Assembly: GCA_051715345.1 (NCBI GenBank)
Contig: JBPXJQ010000003.1
Location: 1,261 to 65,260 of the forward strand
Origin: Candidatus Blackallbacteria bacterium
GTDB taxonomy: Bacteria; Cyanobacteriota; Sericytochromatia; UBA7694
Direction: 5' to 3'
Length of the DNA: 64,000 nt
The notes beneath the pieces are model-generated. The model made no database searches. It was not told the DNA's origin and saw only the letters and a list, made by a program, of their open reading frames with translations. The first letter of the stretch is position 1, and each line of letters opens with the position of its first letter. Shown here piece by piece: positions 1 to 9,949 of this stretch. The position numbers and the translations under genes were made by a program.

Positions 1-322
1 TTGGACATGGGCGCTCCGAGCCACCTTTCTTAAGGCAGATTTAATATGCATTTAGTATTCTTATACCCCGATCAGACCCAAAGGATGCGTGATCAGTACA
101 ATTTTTTTTGCCTTTGATACTTATCATAACTGATCTCAAGGCCCGGCCCAAGGGTCTGTGCGCGGGATTACTGAGCTTTTTGGACAATCTGTTATGCTTA
201 AAAGTGGTGTACGTAGTAGCTAGATGTTTTTGATAACCTTGACGCTATGCGTAGTTGCCATTTTTGTATTTTTCCTTATCATAGGATATGGTTGCTTATA
301 ATCACTACAAAGGAGAAAGCGT

Positions 323-949
323 ATGCTGAAACGCATTGCTGCATTCATGGTGCTTCTGACCATGGTATTTGCTTTCCAGTCAAATGTTTGGGCAGCTGCT
401 GTCCATGCTGAAGACACCGTGGCCCCGAGTGCCGAGGAAGTTATTCGTCTCTCAGAAAACCCCCAAATGGCTCTGTTGAACGACAATCTTCCTGTTGCGG
501 CCGCCACCGGTTTTGGTGGAATGAAAATTGAATCCTGGTTCTGGATTCTGTCTGTGATTCCTGGTCTCGGTCAGTTTATGATGGGAGATATGTGGAGAGG
601 GATCCTCTTCTTTATCGCTCCTATTTTGCTGTCTGTTGTTTGGAGTATCATTGCAGGCATTCTGGTAGCAGGAGCTATTTCAGGTGGAGCAGCAGGAGTC
701 ACCGGTTTTGCGGCCATTGCGCCCACTATCGGTTTGATCGTCTACCTGGCTTCACTGGGTATCTGGATCTGGAACTTGGTTGATGCCTATTTCATGAACC
801 AAACCAAAATGGCTTCAATCGAAGACCAGCAGAAAATGGCTGCCGAATTGGAACAGAAACTGATCGCCATGATCAAGTTTACTGAAGAAAACCAAGTCGT
901 CGCCCTTGATGGCGGTTTCGGACTGAACCATCGCGTGGCTGCTTTCTAA
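323..949 (+). CDS. Secreted/membrane protein of unknown function
   Basis: 208-aa ORF. AGGAG (311-315) lies 7 nt upstream of ATG 323. Hydrophobic signal-like N-terminus (MLKRIAAFMVLLTMVFAFQSNVWAAA) and Gly/Ala-rich TM helices. Intrinsic terminator immediately downstream. Confidence 0.7.
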   Translation: MLKRIAAFMVLLTMVFAFQSNVWAAAVHAEDTVAPSAEEVIRLSENPQMALLNDNLPVAAATGFGGMKIESWFWILSVIPGLGQFMMGDMWRGILFFIAPILLSVVWSIIAGILVAGAISGGAAGVTGFAAIAPTIGLIVYLASLGIWIWNLVDAYFMNQTKMASIEDQQKMAAELEQKLIAMIKFTEENQVVALDGGFGLNHRVAAF

Positions 950-965
950 ACGATTGCAATCAAGC

Positions 966-994
966 AAAGGCCAGAGTTCGCTCTGGCCTTTTTT
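966..994 (+). terminator. Rho-independent terminator of the 323..949 gene
   Basis: Stem GGCCAGAG (969-976), TTCG loop, CTCTGGCC (981-988), followed by TTTTTT (989-994). Confidence 0.8.
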
Positions 995-1002
995 AATGGC
1001 AG

Positions 1003-1040
1003 AAAAACAAAGGCCCTGGCTTGATTAAAGCCAGGGCCTT
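1003..1040 (-). terminator. Rho-independent terminator of the 1054..5550 gene
   Basis: 10-bp stem AGGCCCTGGC (1011-1020) / GCCAGGGCCT (1030-1039). On the minus strand it is followed by TTGTTTTTCT. It lies 14 nt after the stop codon at 1054-1056. Confidence 0.7.
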
Positions 1041-1053
1041 GTTGCTAGAAAGC

Positions 1054-4000
1054 TTAAACCGCCCCCGCAAACAGGCCGGGATCCAACTCGCGGGCCTTGC
1101 TGTGGAATTCATCGGCCGTCTCATAATCCCCCAAATGGCGCAAGACCGTGCCCATGGAATAACAGAGATCCGCAGTACATTCCCCCTCACGCAGGCTCTG
1201 ACTGAGATAGGTCAAGGCTGAGGGGTAATCCTGCTCCATCATATAGGCCACACCGAGGTTATAGGCCACATCGGGCTGATAGGGGTCGACCTGCAGCGCA
1301 TATTTGAATTTTTCAATGGCTTTGGGGTATTCTTGCTGCGAGAAAGCCTGAAAAGCAATGCCCAAGGCCTGTCCCACAATCTGGGTGCGCTGAAAACGAA
1401 AAACCGGGCGCAGGCGCAAGGCGCGCAAATTGGCGATCGCAATTTCTGCTGCCAATTCCCAGCTAAAGCCACCCACAATCGTTTTGCGGGCTTTTTTACC
1501 CTTGGCTTTGGCCTCTTTGCGGTTGTCATAAACGTGGCGCAAGAGGGCCTTGAGAGCCTCAAGATCAGGCTCTCCCCAAAAGGGGTAATCCACGGTCGCC
1601 AAGGTCTGGTCTACCTGTTTTTCGGGGAATTGTTTTTTCTCTGCGGGTATCAAATAGGCGTTTTGATCGTTACAGAAATCCAAGGCGGCACCAAAACCCG
1701 TCACAATAACGGGCAATTCTGAAGCCATTGCCTCGGCAATCGGCAGGCCAAAACCTTCGCCCCGGTAAGGATGCACCAAACAATTACAGGCAGTGTACAG
1801 CGAAGGCATTTCTGACAAAGACAGCTCTTCGGTCAAATGCAAAATTTCAGGCATATTCGGATTGGCCGCTTTGCAGCGTTCCAACCAAGAGGGAATATCC
1901 AAGGCCTCATAGACCGTTCCAGCCCCAAATTCTTTTAAGACCAAGGCCACATTGTCGTCAGAAGTAAAGGTTTCGACAAAGGCCTGCAACAAGACGTCGA
2001 TACCCTTGCGCAAAATCCCACCACCGACAAAGAGAAACTTAAAGGTTTTATTGGTTTCTAGGCGCAGGGGCGGTGTTTTGGGACTGTACAGCTCGGCATT
2101 GACCCCGTTGGGAACCACCACCACTTTTTCTGGGATCAGACCGCTTTCGATATAACAATCCCGCACAAAATGGCTGGGCACCCAAAGTTGATCGAGGTAT
2201 TTGTTCATATTGTAGATCCAGCGCTCGGGGATCGAACCAAACTCCCAGGGCTGGATCATGACCCAATGCCCGGATTGAGAGGGAGGCTCAAAATCGGGAG
2301 GCCAATGGTGGCGAACCACCGCCTGGGGGGAAACAGCCAAAGGCGTATGAATATGGGCCGCCAATTCAGCAAATTCACTGCCTGGCTCGGGTTCAAAGCT
2401 GGCATTGCTGAAAGTCTTTACCTCCAGTTCAAAATGCGGGTGTTTGAGCATCGCAGCGGTCAAATGGCGATTGACCAAGGACAAACTGTGGTAGTTAAAC
2501 AGATCTCCCTGCCACAAAACAGATAGCGTGTCGGGCTCCGGAGCCTTGGGCAGATAATCTTGAAGTTTGCGACCATACCAAACGAAACTGTTTTCATGCT
2601 CCCAAACTTGGGTGCGCACCAGACCGCTCTCCTGCAAGAATTTGTCCACCACTCTTTCCGGATACGGGCGGCAGAGGTGATTGTTTTTCCAGAAGGCTTC
2701 TGAATATTTTTCAAAGCGCAGCAGGACTTCACCACCGGGTTTGAGAATGCGCAAAACATGGCGCAACAAGAGTTGCAAATAGTCAGGTGGCACTTCCTGT
2801 AAAAGGGTATCCAGCATGATAAAGGACTGAGAGGCCGTTTCCTGACGGGCGATCTCTCCCCCATGGGCGGGTTGCCAGACTTTTTCGGCACGGGCATAGA
2901 TTTTTTGCGCCAAAGCCGGCAAAGACAAAGGGCGAGCGACAGGAGCGGGTGCTGCCTGAGTGGGGGTACAGCTATAGGTATGGTGGTTAGCCCGTTGTTG
3001 CTGGGCCGTAACCTCAAAGCCCCATTCCTGCAAAAAGGGTGCCAATTCGGGATAGGGACGGCGGTTGAGCAGGCACTCCCAAAACAGGGAGTGATCACTT
3101 TCGAGTGGCAGGGTCTGAATATGCAATTGCCCGCCAGGAGAAAGCAATTGCCGGGTGCGAACCAAGGCCTTTTGCAATTCATGCGGCAAAAGGGTTTCTG
3201 GCACACCTTGCCAGAGAATCACGTCAAAAGTCCCTTTGAGCTGATTCAAGGTTTTGAGAATATTGCGGCTGTAGTGAATCTGATGGGTTGCCTTGGGCTT
3301 AAACTTGGGCGTGATTTCGGAGAAATTGAGCGAGATCCCCAACATACGTTCACACTGAACGCGGTACATTAACCAGGTGTTTTGAATATGCGGACCAATG
3401 AGCAAAACTTTGGCATCTTCAGGAATCTCGACCGAAAAGAGCTGGCTCTTCCAATGCTCTGCAAAAGCAGGTGTTGAGACTGGCATATTTAAAAGCGGCA
3501 GAGAGGGAAATTTCAGAAAAGCTTCAATCACCCCGTCTTGCCAGCCCTCGTCTTCGGTCAGGGCCTCGGTAAGTTGAAAACCACAGTGTTTGAGCAAAAT
3601 TTCGAGCAGAACCGCTGGATACGGACGCTGATGTGTTTCATCCAGCCACAGTCCCTGTTCGCGGACGGCTGGATTATTGGCATTTAAAAAGCGCAAGACC
3701 AGCTTGCCAGATTTTTCCATGGCAAGATTGCAATCTTGTAAAAAATGCACCAATTGCCAGGGCGAAAAACGCTCAAGGGTATAAGCTGTGTGCAAACCAT
3801 CAAAAATATGCAGAAATTTACCCAGACTCTCGGGGCCACCCGCGAGCATTTGCAGCCCCTGCTCCAATCCCTGTTCGAGACTGGCTGGATTGGACTCCAA
3901 GACGGAGGCGGGTACATTTTGTTCGTTAAGGGCCCGCACCAATGCTTTTTCTTCTGTACCCACCGCAAGGACCTGTTTGCAAGCAAGTAGACGGCTTTGA

Positions 4001-5550
4001 TCCGCCAAGGTTTTTTCAGCCAACGACCCGCCCATGGTGGCCTGGTAAATCAGGCCAAACGAGGGAAAAAGCTTGCCCGCGTGGTGGGTAATCGGGGGAG
4101 CCTGATAGGCTTTGAGAATGTCCTCTGCGCCATGAATGAGTTGAACCTTTTCGGTCTTCAACCCCAACTCAGCCAACAAAGCCAAGTCTGATTCCGACTC
4201 GACAAAAATACGGGCGGCTATCGACACAAACAGACGCTGCAAAATGTGATTCAGACGTTCGGCCTGTTCGCTGCGCAGTTCTGTCCATTGCCCCTGTTTT
4301 TCGGGTTCGCGTAACATTTGGCGAATTTGCAGGGCCGAATGATCTGCCAGGGAATAAAAGACAGGGATATTCAATTCAGCCAAATAAGGCGCCATGTGCA
4401 AGGAGGCCAAACGGAAAGAACTAAAATGAACACGCCGGGGCTGATAGCGATCGACCAATTGTTTTAAAAGTTGGAGCACATCTTGGGAAAAACCCCGGTG
4501 GGCCATGTCCTTTTGTTCTGGCGAAAAATTACAAATATCCACCTCGCGCACCCCTGCACGATAGCGATAATCCACATGCAATCCCAGTTGCTGGGGAATG
4601 GTGCGGGTTGAAAGGTTGATGCGCACAGGGGCTTGGCCTTGTTCTGCCAAACGCTGCAGACAGCCTGTCAGCGACGGGGGCAAATCGGCCTGTTCAGGCA
4701 AAATCCAAAGGGTGCTCTCAGCCTGGGCAGGCAAAAGCAGATCGCTGTATTTTTCGGCAAAGAGGCGAGCTTCTTCGCTCAGACCCCGATTATACAGGGC
4801 CTGCAAAATAGCCTGCAGGGCATAAACGTCTCCCTGAGACGTGCTGGGAAAGACCTCGGGCAAAACCAAATCTTGCAAAGGGTATTTTTCAAGCCAGGAG
4901 CGAAACAGGCCAATAAACTCATCGGCCTGCTCAATGCGTGGCATTAAGCGATTGCGCTGGGGAACAGCCGAAACAGAAACCACAGGCATTTCTACCAAAG
5001 TGTGGTCCGAAAGCCACTCCACCAAGAATTGCTCTTCAAGGTAATAATGGACCATTTTTTCCCAGTTGAGCGCTTTTAAGCTCGCACGCTGAAAAACAAA
5101 AGCAGCAAAAGGCACAGGGCAATCTTCGCTGAGCAAAAAGCCCTTCCATTCTGCAGTCTTGAGATGGGGCGTAAGCGCAGGCAGAGGATAGAGTTCGCGG
5201 TCAAAAGCCTGGGCATGGGCATAGAGCCCTTGGGCAGTGGGTTGAGCTGCCAGGGTTTTTAAAGCAGAGGCAAAATGCAAGGGGTGGTAAAACGCCTCTG
5301 GCTCGGCAAAAGCAATCCAATCATGTTGGGCCTTTTCACTTCCGCGCTGCCAAATTTGGGCCAGGGGAGTGTCTCTTTCAACAGATTCCGTTTGCCATTC
5401 AGCGGGCAGCCATTCAGGCAAGATCAGGCCCTTTTCATAATAGATCAGCACCTCGGGCTGCACTTCCTGCTGCTGAGCAAGACTGTGCAAAAGATGCCTT
5501 TCAACCAAAAGCGGCGCCTGAGGACAATAAACAACCACGCTGATAGACAT
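1054..5550 (-). CDS. Giant multidomain glycosyltransferase / methyltransferase / TPR protein
   Basis: 1498-aa ORF. Domain order by eye: N-terminal GT-A-like part (DWIAFAEPEAFY); at least two SAM-methyltransferase-like segments (LLSPGGQLHIQT, LRILKPGGEVLLRF); a GT-B/GT4 segment with an E-x7-E motif (EGFGLPIAEAMASELPVIVT); C-terminal TPRs (AYNLGVAYMMEQDYPSALTYL). The start is 3 nt from the stop of the upstream gene. Confidence 0.8.
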   Translation of the reverse strand: MSISVVVYCPQAPLLVERHLLHSLAQQQEVQPEVLIYYEKGLILPEWLPAEWQTESVERDTPLAQIWQRGSEKAQHDWIAFAEPEAFYHPLHFASALKTLAAQPTAQGLYAHAQAFDRELYPLPALTPHLKTAEWKGFLLSEDCPVPFAAFVFQRASLKALNWEKMVHYYLEEQFLVEWLSDHTLVEMPVVSVSAVPQRNRLMPRIEQADEFIGLFRSWLEKYPLQDLVLPEVFPSTSQGDVYALQAILQALYNRGLSEEARLFAEKYSDLLLPAQAESTLWILPEQADLPPSLTGCLQRLAEQGQAPVRINLSTRTIPQQLGLHVDYRYRAGVREVDICNFSPEQKDMAHRGFSQDVLQLLKQLVDRYQPRRVHFSSFRLASLHMAPYLAELNIPVFYSLADHSALQIRQMLREPEKQGQWTELRSEQAERLNHILQRLFVSIAARIFVESESDLALLAELGLKTEKVQLIHGAEDILKAYQAPPITHHAGKLFPSFGLIYQATMGGSLAEKTLADQSRLLACKQVLAVGTEEKALVRALNEQNVPASVLESNPASLEQGLEQGLQMLAGGPESLGKFLHIFDGLHTAYTLERFSPWQLVHFLQDCNLAMEKSGKLVLRFLNANNPAVREQGLWLDETHQRPYPAVLLEILLKHCGFQLTEALTEDEGWQDGVIEAFLKFPSLPLLNMPVSTPAFAEHWKSQLFSVEIPEDAKVLLIGPHIQNTWLMYRVQCERMLGISLNFSEITPKFKPKATHQIHYSRNILKTLNQLKGTFDVILWQGVPETLLPHELQKALVRTRQLLSPGGQLHIQTLPLESDHSLFWECLLNRRPYPELAPFLQEWGFEVTAQQQRANHHTYSCTPTQAAPAPVARPLSLPALAQKIYARAEKVWQPAHGGEIARQETASQSFIMLDTLLQEVPPDYLQLLLRHVLRILKPGGEVLLRFEKYSEAFWKNNHLCRPYPERVVDKFLQESGLVRTQVWEHENSFVWYGRKLQDYLPKAPEPDTLSVLWQGDLFNYHSLSLVNRHLTAAMLKHPHFELEVKTFSNASFEPEPGSEFAELAAHIHTPLAVSPQAVVRHHWPPDFEPPSQSGHWVMIQPWEFGSIPERWIYNMNKYLDQLWVPSHFVRDCYIESGLIPEKVVVVPNGVNAELYSPKTPPLRLETNKTFKFLFVGGGILRKGIDVLLQAFVETFTSDDNVALVLKEFGAGTVYEALDIPSWLERCKAANPNMPEILHLTEELSLSEMPSLYTACNCLVHPYRGEGFGLPIAEAMASELPVIVTGFGAALDFCNDQNAYLIPAEKKQFPEKQVDQTLATVDYPFWGEPDLEALKALLRHVYDNRKEAKAKGKKARKTIVGGFSWELAAEIAIANLRALRLRPVFRFQRTQIVGQALGIAFQAFSQQEYPKAIEKFKYALQVDPYQPDVAYNLGVAYMMEQDYPSALTYLSQSLREGECTADLCYSMGTVLRHLGDYETADEFHSKARELDPGLFAGAV

Positions 5551-5553
5551 AAA

Positions 5554-6540
5554 CTAACTCACTTTCAGTTCTGCGAAATAAGCGGCCACAGGATCCTGCT
5601 GCGCATGGCCCTTCCATTGAAAGAGCTGGGGCTGTTTTTGCTCAAAACCCATCTGCAGATACAGACCCGGCAGGGCCTCGCGAAATACAGGCCGCCAACG
5701 TTGGCTAAAGGTATCAGGCATCGAAGATTGCAACAAAATAGCATCGCTGCTGATCCGTTCGGGCAATGTGACAGTAGCGGGATAGAGATGCAACCAGTAT
5801 TGCTGCTGACGCAAACCAATCGAAATATCTTGGGCCAGCCAATCTGCGTCCCAATGGCTGTCTTCCCAGCTCAGACCCAGATAGGCATTGCGGCGCAAAA
5901 GCAAGAGAGACAGAGGCAGAGAAGGCAGAGCCAGAGGCGCTTGAATCAAATTCTGCCAAAGTGTTGCAGGAACGCCTTGCCCCAAGCCCAAAACCCGCTG
6001 TCTGCGGGCCGGAATGCTGTATTCCTGGTCGGCCATTGCCAAACTGTGTTTGGGCTGGTCCAAAATCAGGCAGGTTCCAGCGGTAAGCATTTTTTCTTCC
6101 TTGCAAAGCAAAGGGGAAAGGGCCGCATGATTGGGGTTGGACTTTAAAAAAGCCAACGCATCAGGTAAAAAGGCCAAGTCTTCGGCGCTGGGGGCCCAAT
6201 TTAAATAGAGACAAAACTCAGAACTGGCCTCTTGAATCAAGGTGCGAAAAGAGCGATTGAGCGAGGCTTTTTCAGGGGTGTTCATTAATTTGATTGTGTG
6301 ATTGAGGGCCTGAAAATGGGGACGCAATTGCTCTTCCAATTCAGGGCCTTTCATAATCACCCACTCCGCATGGGCCCTGAGCCACTCCGATTCAGCAATC
6401 AAAGCCTTAAATGCCGCAAGCTCTGGGGCATTTTGAATCTGGCAGAGCAGGGTTAAAGCGGGTTGTGCTTCAGCAGCGGTTCCACGAATAACTTCGACCT
6501 GACTCTGGGAAGAAGATTTGCGAATAATACGAAGTGCCAT
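5554..6540 (-). CDS. Hypothetical protein co-transcribed between rseP and the 1498-aa enzyme
   Basis: 328-aa ORF with 7-nt and 3-nt gaps to its neighbours on the same strand. No motif recognised. Confidence 0.6.
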   Translation of the reverse strand: MALRIIRKSSSQSQVEVIRGTAAEAQPALTLLCQIQNAPELAAFKALIAESEWLRAHAEWVIMKGPELEEQLRPHFQALNHTIKLMNTPEKASLNRSFRTLIQEASSEFCLYLNWAPSAEDLAFLPDALAFLKSNPNHAALSPLLCKEEKMLTAGTCLILDQPKHSLAMADQEYSIPARRQRVLGLGQGVPATLWQNLIQAPLALPSLPLSLLLLRRNAYLGLSWEDSHWDADWLAQDISIGLRQQQYWLHLYPATVTLPERISSDAILLQSSMPDTFSQRWRPVFREALPGLYLQMGFEQKQPQLFQWKGHAQQDPVAAYFAELKVS

Positions 6541-6547
6541 CTGTCAA

Positions 6548-7633
6548 TTATCCTTTTCCGAGGGTCAAGCCCCACACGTCTTTAAAGATTAAAAACACAC
6601 CCAAGCCAATCAGCAGAATAAACCCGGCATAATGCAGCTTTTCTTCAATCCGGCGCGGCAAAGGCTTGCCCCGGACCGCTTCAATCACAAGCAAAAAGAG
6701 ATGCCCCCCATCCAGGGCTGGAATCGGCAAGATATTGAGAATCGCCAGTTCAATGCTGATCAGCGCAGCAAAATACATCAATTGGGAAAAACCCGTTTGT
6801 GAGACTTTGGAGCCCATATGCACGACCTCAACCAGGCCGCCGACTTGGTTCAAAGGCAAAGCACCACTGAACAACTTGGTCAATGCCCCCAGCAACAAAT
6901 CAGTCATACTGAGTGTGTCTTTCCACCCCTGGGCAAAGGCCTCTCCGGGTCCAGAAACAGGGCGTTTGCGGGCCAGGTCCTGAATCTCCACGCCAATCGT
7001 ACCACTGGCTGAAGGGGTGGCTTTGAGGCTCAGGGTTTCGTTCATGCGCTGCACACTGATCGTCAAAGACTGGCCTTTGGCTGCTTTGACTGTAGACTGC
7101 ATATCCGTAACTGTGGCAATCGCTTTGCCATTGATGCTTTTGATCTGATCGCCGGATTTGATCCCCGCTTGGGCTGCGGGGGCATTTTCCATCACCCGGC
7201 CCACCAAAACGCCGCCCTTTTGGCTAAAATCAGGGACCCCCGTGGCAAAGACCAGGGCCACGAGAATTACGTAAGCCGCAATCATATTGGCGACCACGCC
7301 ACCGGAAATAATGATGGCCCGTTCCCAAATCGCCCGGTTTTTCAGAAAACGCTTGTCTCCAGGTTCAAATGTCTCACTTTTTTCGCCGGATTCATCTTCG
7401 TTGTTTTCATCGTCCATAAAGGCACAAAAACCGCCCAATGGCAGAGGGTTGAGCTGAACATCGGTCTCTGCCCAACGAAAGCTGAGCAAAGGACGGGAGC
7501 CCAAAGGAAAACCAATTGAAAAGATCTTGACGGGAACGCCCAAAGATTTGGCACAGATAAAATGACCAAATTCGTGAAAAGCGATCAACAAAGCCAGGAC
7601 CAGAATGACAAGCAGGATATGCGGAAGGTTCAC
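6548..7633 (-). CDS. rseP: RIP metalloprotease RseP (site-2 protease, M50 family) with PDZ domain
   Basis: HEFGHF (HExxH) in the first TM helix. Central PDZ-like segment (GVLVGRVMENAPAAQAGIKSGDQIKSINGK). Second S2P motif NILPIPALDGGH. Confidence 0.9.
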   Translation of the reverse strand: MNLPHILLVILVLALLIAFHEFGHFICAKSLGVPVKIFSIGFPLGSRPLLSFRWAETDVQLNPLPLGGFCAFMDDENNEDESGEKSETFEPGDKRFLKNRAIWERAIIISGGVVANMIAAYVILVALVFATGVPDFSQKGGVLVGRVMENAPAAQAGIKSGDQIKSINGKAIATVTDMQSTVKAAKGQSLTISVQRMNETLSLKATPSASGTIGVEIQDLARKRPVSGPGEAFAQGWKDTLSMTDLLLGALTKLFSGALPLNQVGGLVEVVHMGSKVSQTGFSQLMYFAALISIELAILNILPIPALDGGHLFLLVIEAVRGKPLPRRIEEKLHYAGFILLIGLGVFLIFKDVWGLTLGKG

Positions 7634-7871
7634 GGGGATCTTCGCTCCCTTTCTCAGAATTCAAACCTGTGAGAAACATTTTTTTCTTTCTCAGCAGTAT
7701 ACCACGCAGCCCTCTGCTTCCGGCGTGAACCCCCAGCCAGAGGGTGGGCCCATTCTCAGCAATCCTTCAGCAAGCAAAACAGGGGCTTCTTTCATTGATC
7801 TGGATCAACCTCCCCGTGTCTATTTTTGATTACGATGGGAGCGGATATATCAAAAGGAGCGTTGAGTATAT

Positions 7872-9107
7872 ATGGTATTGAGTGCCTCTCTCCCCTTGGT
7901 TCTGGATTATTTGCCTCAGAATTTTCGCTGGTTCTGGGAAGAACACCATGTTGTACGCCGGCTGGCCGAACGGGAATCGACTCATTTTTTGCTCTTTTCT
8001 GATCTCAAAGAGAGCCAAGACGTTTTGCCCCTGGAAGAGTTTTTTCAGAGCGGCTTGCTCAACCCGGGTCCAGCAGCAGTGACAGCCTTTCTCTGTCTCA
8101 AAGGAGAAAAAGGGATCTACGTGCTTTTTCTGGCCCAAACGGAAAAAGAGGAAGTGCAACAGACCTTGGAAAATGTCTTGGCCGCCCTGAAGAAAAACCA
8201 CCCCTTTTCCCCTGACCCTGAATTGGAAAGCCAAATTTCAGCCATGTTGCTGCGGGCCCAATCACTGAAATACCCCTCAAGACTGGGGCGACTGGTCAAT
8301 CACCATTTGCAAGCAGTGCAACCAGAATCTGAATTGTTCCAACCCCAAGATCATGCCGCCTTTGAGCACCTGCCCAGCCCCCAAAATCCGCTTGATCCAC
8401 TCTTTTGGCAAGATGAATTGAAACAGATGGAAACCTGGGTCAAGCAGCTCCAAGCCACCCAGTTTCAGGAGGCCTATCACAGTGCCCGAGCGCGCTGGAA
8501 AGAGGCCCGCAGAATTCTTGAAGAACACAGCCAAAGCACGCTGCGATTGCGCGAGACCGAACGGGTCTGCCTGCTTTTTGTCCAGGTTGGAGCCTTGGTC
8601 CGGCGTTATTTTTGGCACAATAACCACATTCAAAACCCCGAACAGGTGGCAGCCAATTGGATCTGTCAGGTGATCACCCAAGCCATCAATGCCGCTGCTC
8701 AGAGCACACAGAACCAACGGCTGCTCCGTTTGGCGCAAGGGTTAAAAACGGCCCTGAGCGAATTGAATGAGGCAAAAATCAATCCCCTGCCTGAAAATGA
8801 TCTGCAAATAAATCACTATTTGAGCCTACTCAAGGCCTTGGGGCAAGACCAATACAGTCTCCAGGACTTGCTGGGTATCATCGCCAAAGCCATGACTTTG
8901 GCCGTGGCCGATCGGGCCAGCGCCGCTCAGGAAAAACAGCCGCTTGAAAAAGGCAGTCTGCAGGAGTGCTTGCAGGCCAGCATTTTTTTAGAACTCTCCC
9001 AATTCACCAAGGGAGATATCGATCTGCTAGCCCTTCAGCGCGCCTCAGCCTTGCTTGCTCAGACTCTCTATGCCCGCTTTTTTGGTCCACTGCCCCTGCC
9101 CGATTAA
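7872..9107 (+). CDS. Hypothetical protein
   Basis: 411-aa ORF divergent from rseP. No motif recognised. Start uncertain (AAAGGAG lies about 15 nt upstream of ATG 7872). Confidence 0.55.
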   Translation: MVLSASLPLVLDYLPQNFRWFWEEHHVVRRLAERESTHFLLFSDLKESQDVLPLEEFFQSGLLNPGPAAVTAFLCLKGEKGIYVLFLAQTEKEEVQQTLENVLAALKKNHPFSPDPELESQISAMLLRAQSLKYPSRLGRLVNHHLQAVQPESELFQPQDHAAFEHLPSPQNPLDPLFWQDELKQMETWVKQLQATQFQEAYHSARARWKEARRILEEHSQSTLRLRETERVCLLFVQVGALVRRYFWHNNHIQNPEQVAANWICQVITQAINAAAQSTQNQRLLRLAQGLKTALSELNEAKINPLPENDLQINHYLSLLKALGQDQYSLQDLLGIIAKAMTLAVADRASAAQEKQPLEKGSLQECLQASIFLELSQFTKGDIDLLALQRASALLAQTLYARFFGPLPLPD

Positions 9108-9205
9108 CTCCTTGACGCCCACTCAGAGTTTTTGTATTCTGACGTATACTGGTGCTGTTCATATCTGGTGCTGTTAAAGATCAAAAAAGCATTGCTAATA
9201 ATTTT

Positions 9206-9949
9206 ATGACCCCTGATTTAGATTCGTTTCGCTCCCCTGTTTTAACCCCTGTGATTGCCTTGGATGGCCATGCCGGAGCTGGTAAAAGCACCGTTGCTGG
9301 AGAAGTGGCCCGTCGCTTGGGCTTTTGGCATGTCAACACGGGCCTGTTTTACCGCGCCGTAACCTGGAAAGTCCTGCAAGCACAGTATGATCTGGGCAAT
9401 CAAGCCAGCATCGAAGCCCTGGCCCAGGTGATGGAAATTGAAGTCAAAGAAGATGCCGAAGGCCAGCAACATGTCTGGGTCAATGGCCAAGAGATCACGG
9501 GTGAAATCCGCACCCCCGAGATCAACCGACAAATCTCGTTAATCTCGTCTTTTGCTGGCGTGCGCGATGCGATCACCCGGCAATTGCGCCAAATTCAACA
9601 CCCACGTGGGATTATTATGGACGGCAGAGACATTGGCACAGTCGTCTTTCCCGATGCCCAACTCAAGATCTTTTTGACCGCCTCGGTCGAGGAGCGGGCC
9701 CGCCGCCAATTGCAAGATGTCTTGGCCCAGGGCCAAAGCAGCACAATTGAAGAACTGCAGACGGCCATTGCCCGCCGTGACAAACTCGACTCCGAACGCG
9801 CAGTCGCCCCGCTCAAACAGGCTGCCGACGCGATTCGTGTCGACTCCACTGGATTGGCACCGAACCAAGTGATTGAGCACATTTTGACCCTTTGGAACCA
9901 GAAACAGCCCACCCCGCATGCTCAACCCCAATCAAAAACGCGCAGTTGA
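9206..9949 (+). CDS. cmk: Cytidylate kinase
   Basis: P-loop IALDGHAGAGKSTVA and the family-typical GLFYRAVTW and DGRDIGTVVFPDA segments. ATG 9206 is preferred over the GTG 9152 of the ORF track. The 3' end overlaps the helicase gene by 32 nt. Confidence 0.88.
   Translation: MTPDLDSFRSPVLTPVIALDGHAGAGKSTVAGEVARRLGFWHVNTGLFYRAVTWKVLQAQYDLGNQASIEALAQVMEIEVKEDAEGQQHVWVNGQEITGEIRTPEINRQISLISSFAGVRDAITRQLRQIQHPRGIIMDGRDIGTVVFPDAQLKIFLTASVEERARRQLQDVLAQGQSSTIEELQTAIARRDKLDSERAVAPLKQAADAIRVDSTGLAPNQVIEHILTLWNQKQPTPHAQPQSKTRS

Noticed and set aside
1-8. Possible minus-strand gene start at the left edge (CAT at 6-8, AAAGGTGG upstream on the minus strand)
   Set aside because: Only two codons lie in the window and the SD-like spacing is long (about 14 nt). 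There is too little sequence to support a feature.
220-507. 95-aa minus-strand ORF
   Set aside because: It overlaps the RBS, start and signal-peptide region of the well-supported 323..949 gene on the opposite strand. It has no RBS or motif.
1433-1440. HIP1 (GCGATCGC) as evidence for a cyanobacterial origin
   Set aside because: Only sporadic copies were noticed by eye, not the hyper-abundance typical of many cyanobacteria. No photosynthesis genes are present, so taxonomic placement is left as a loose inference.
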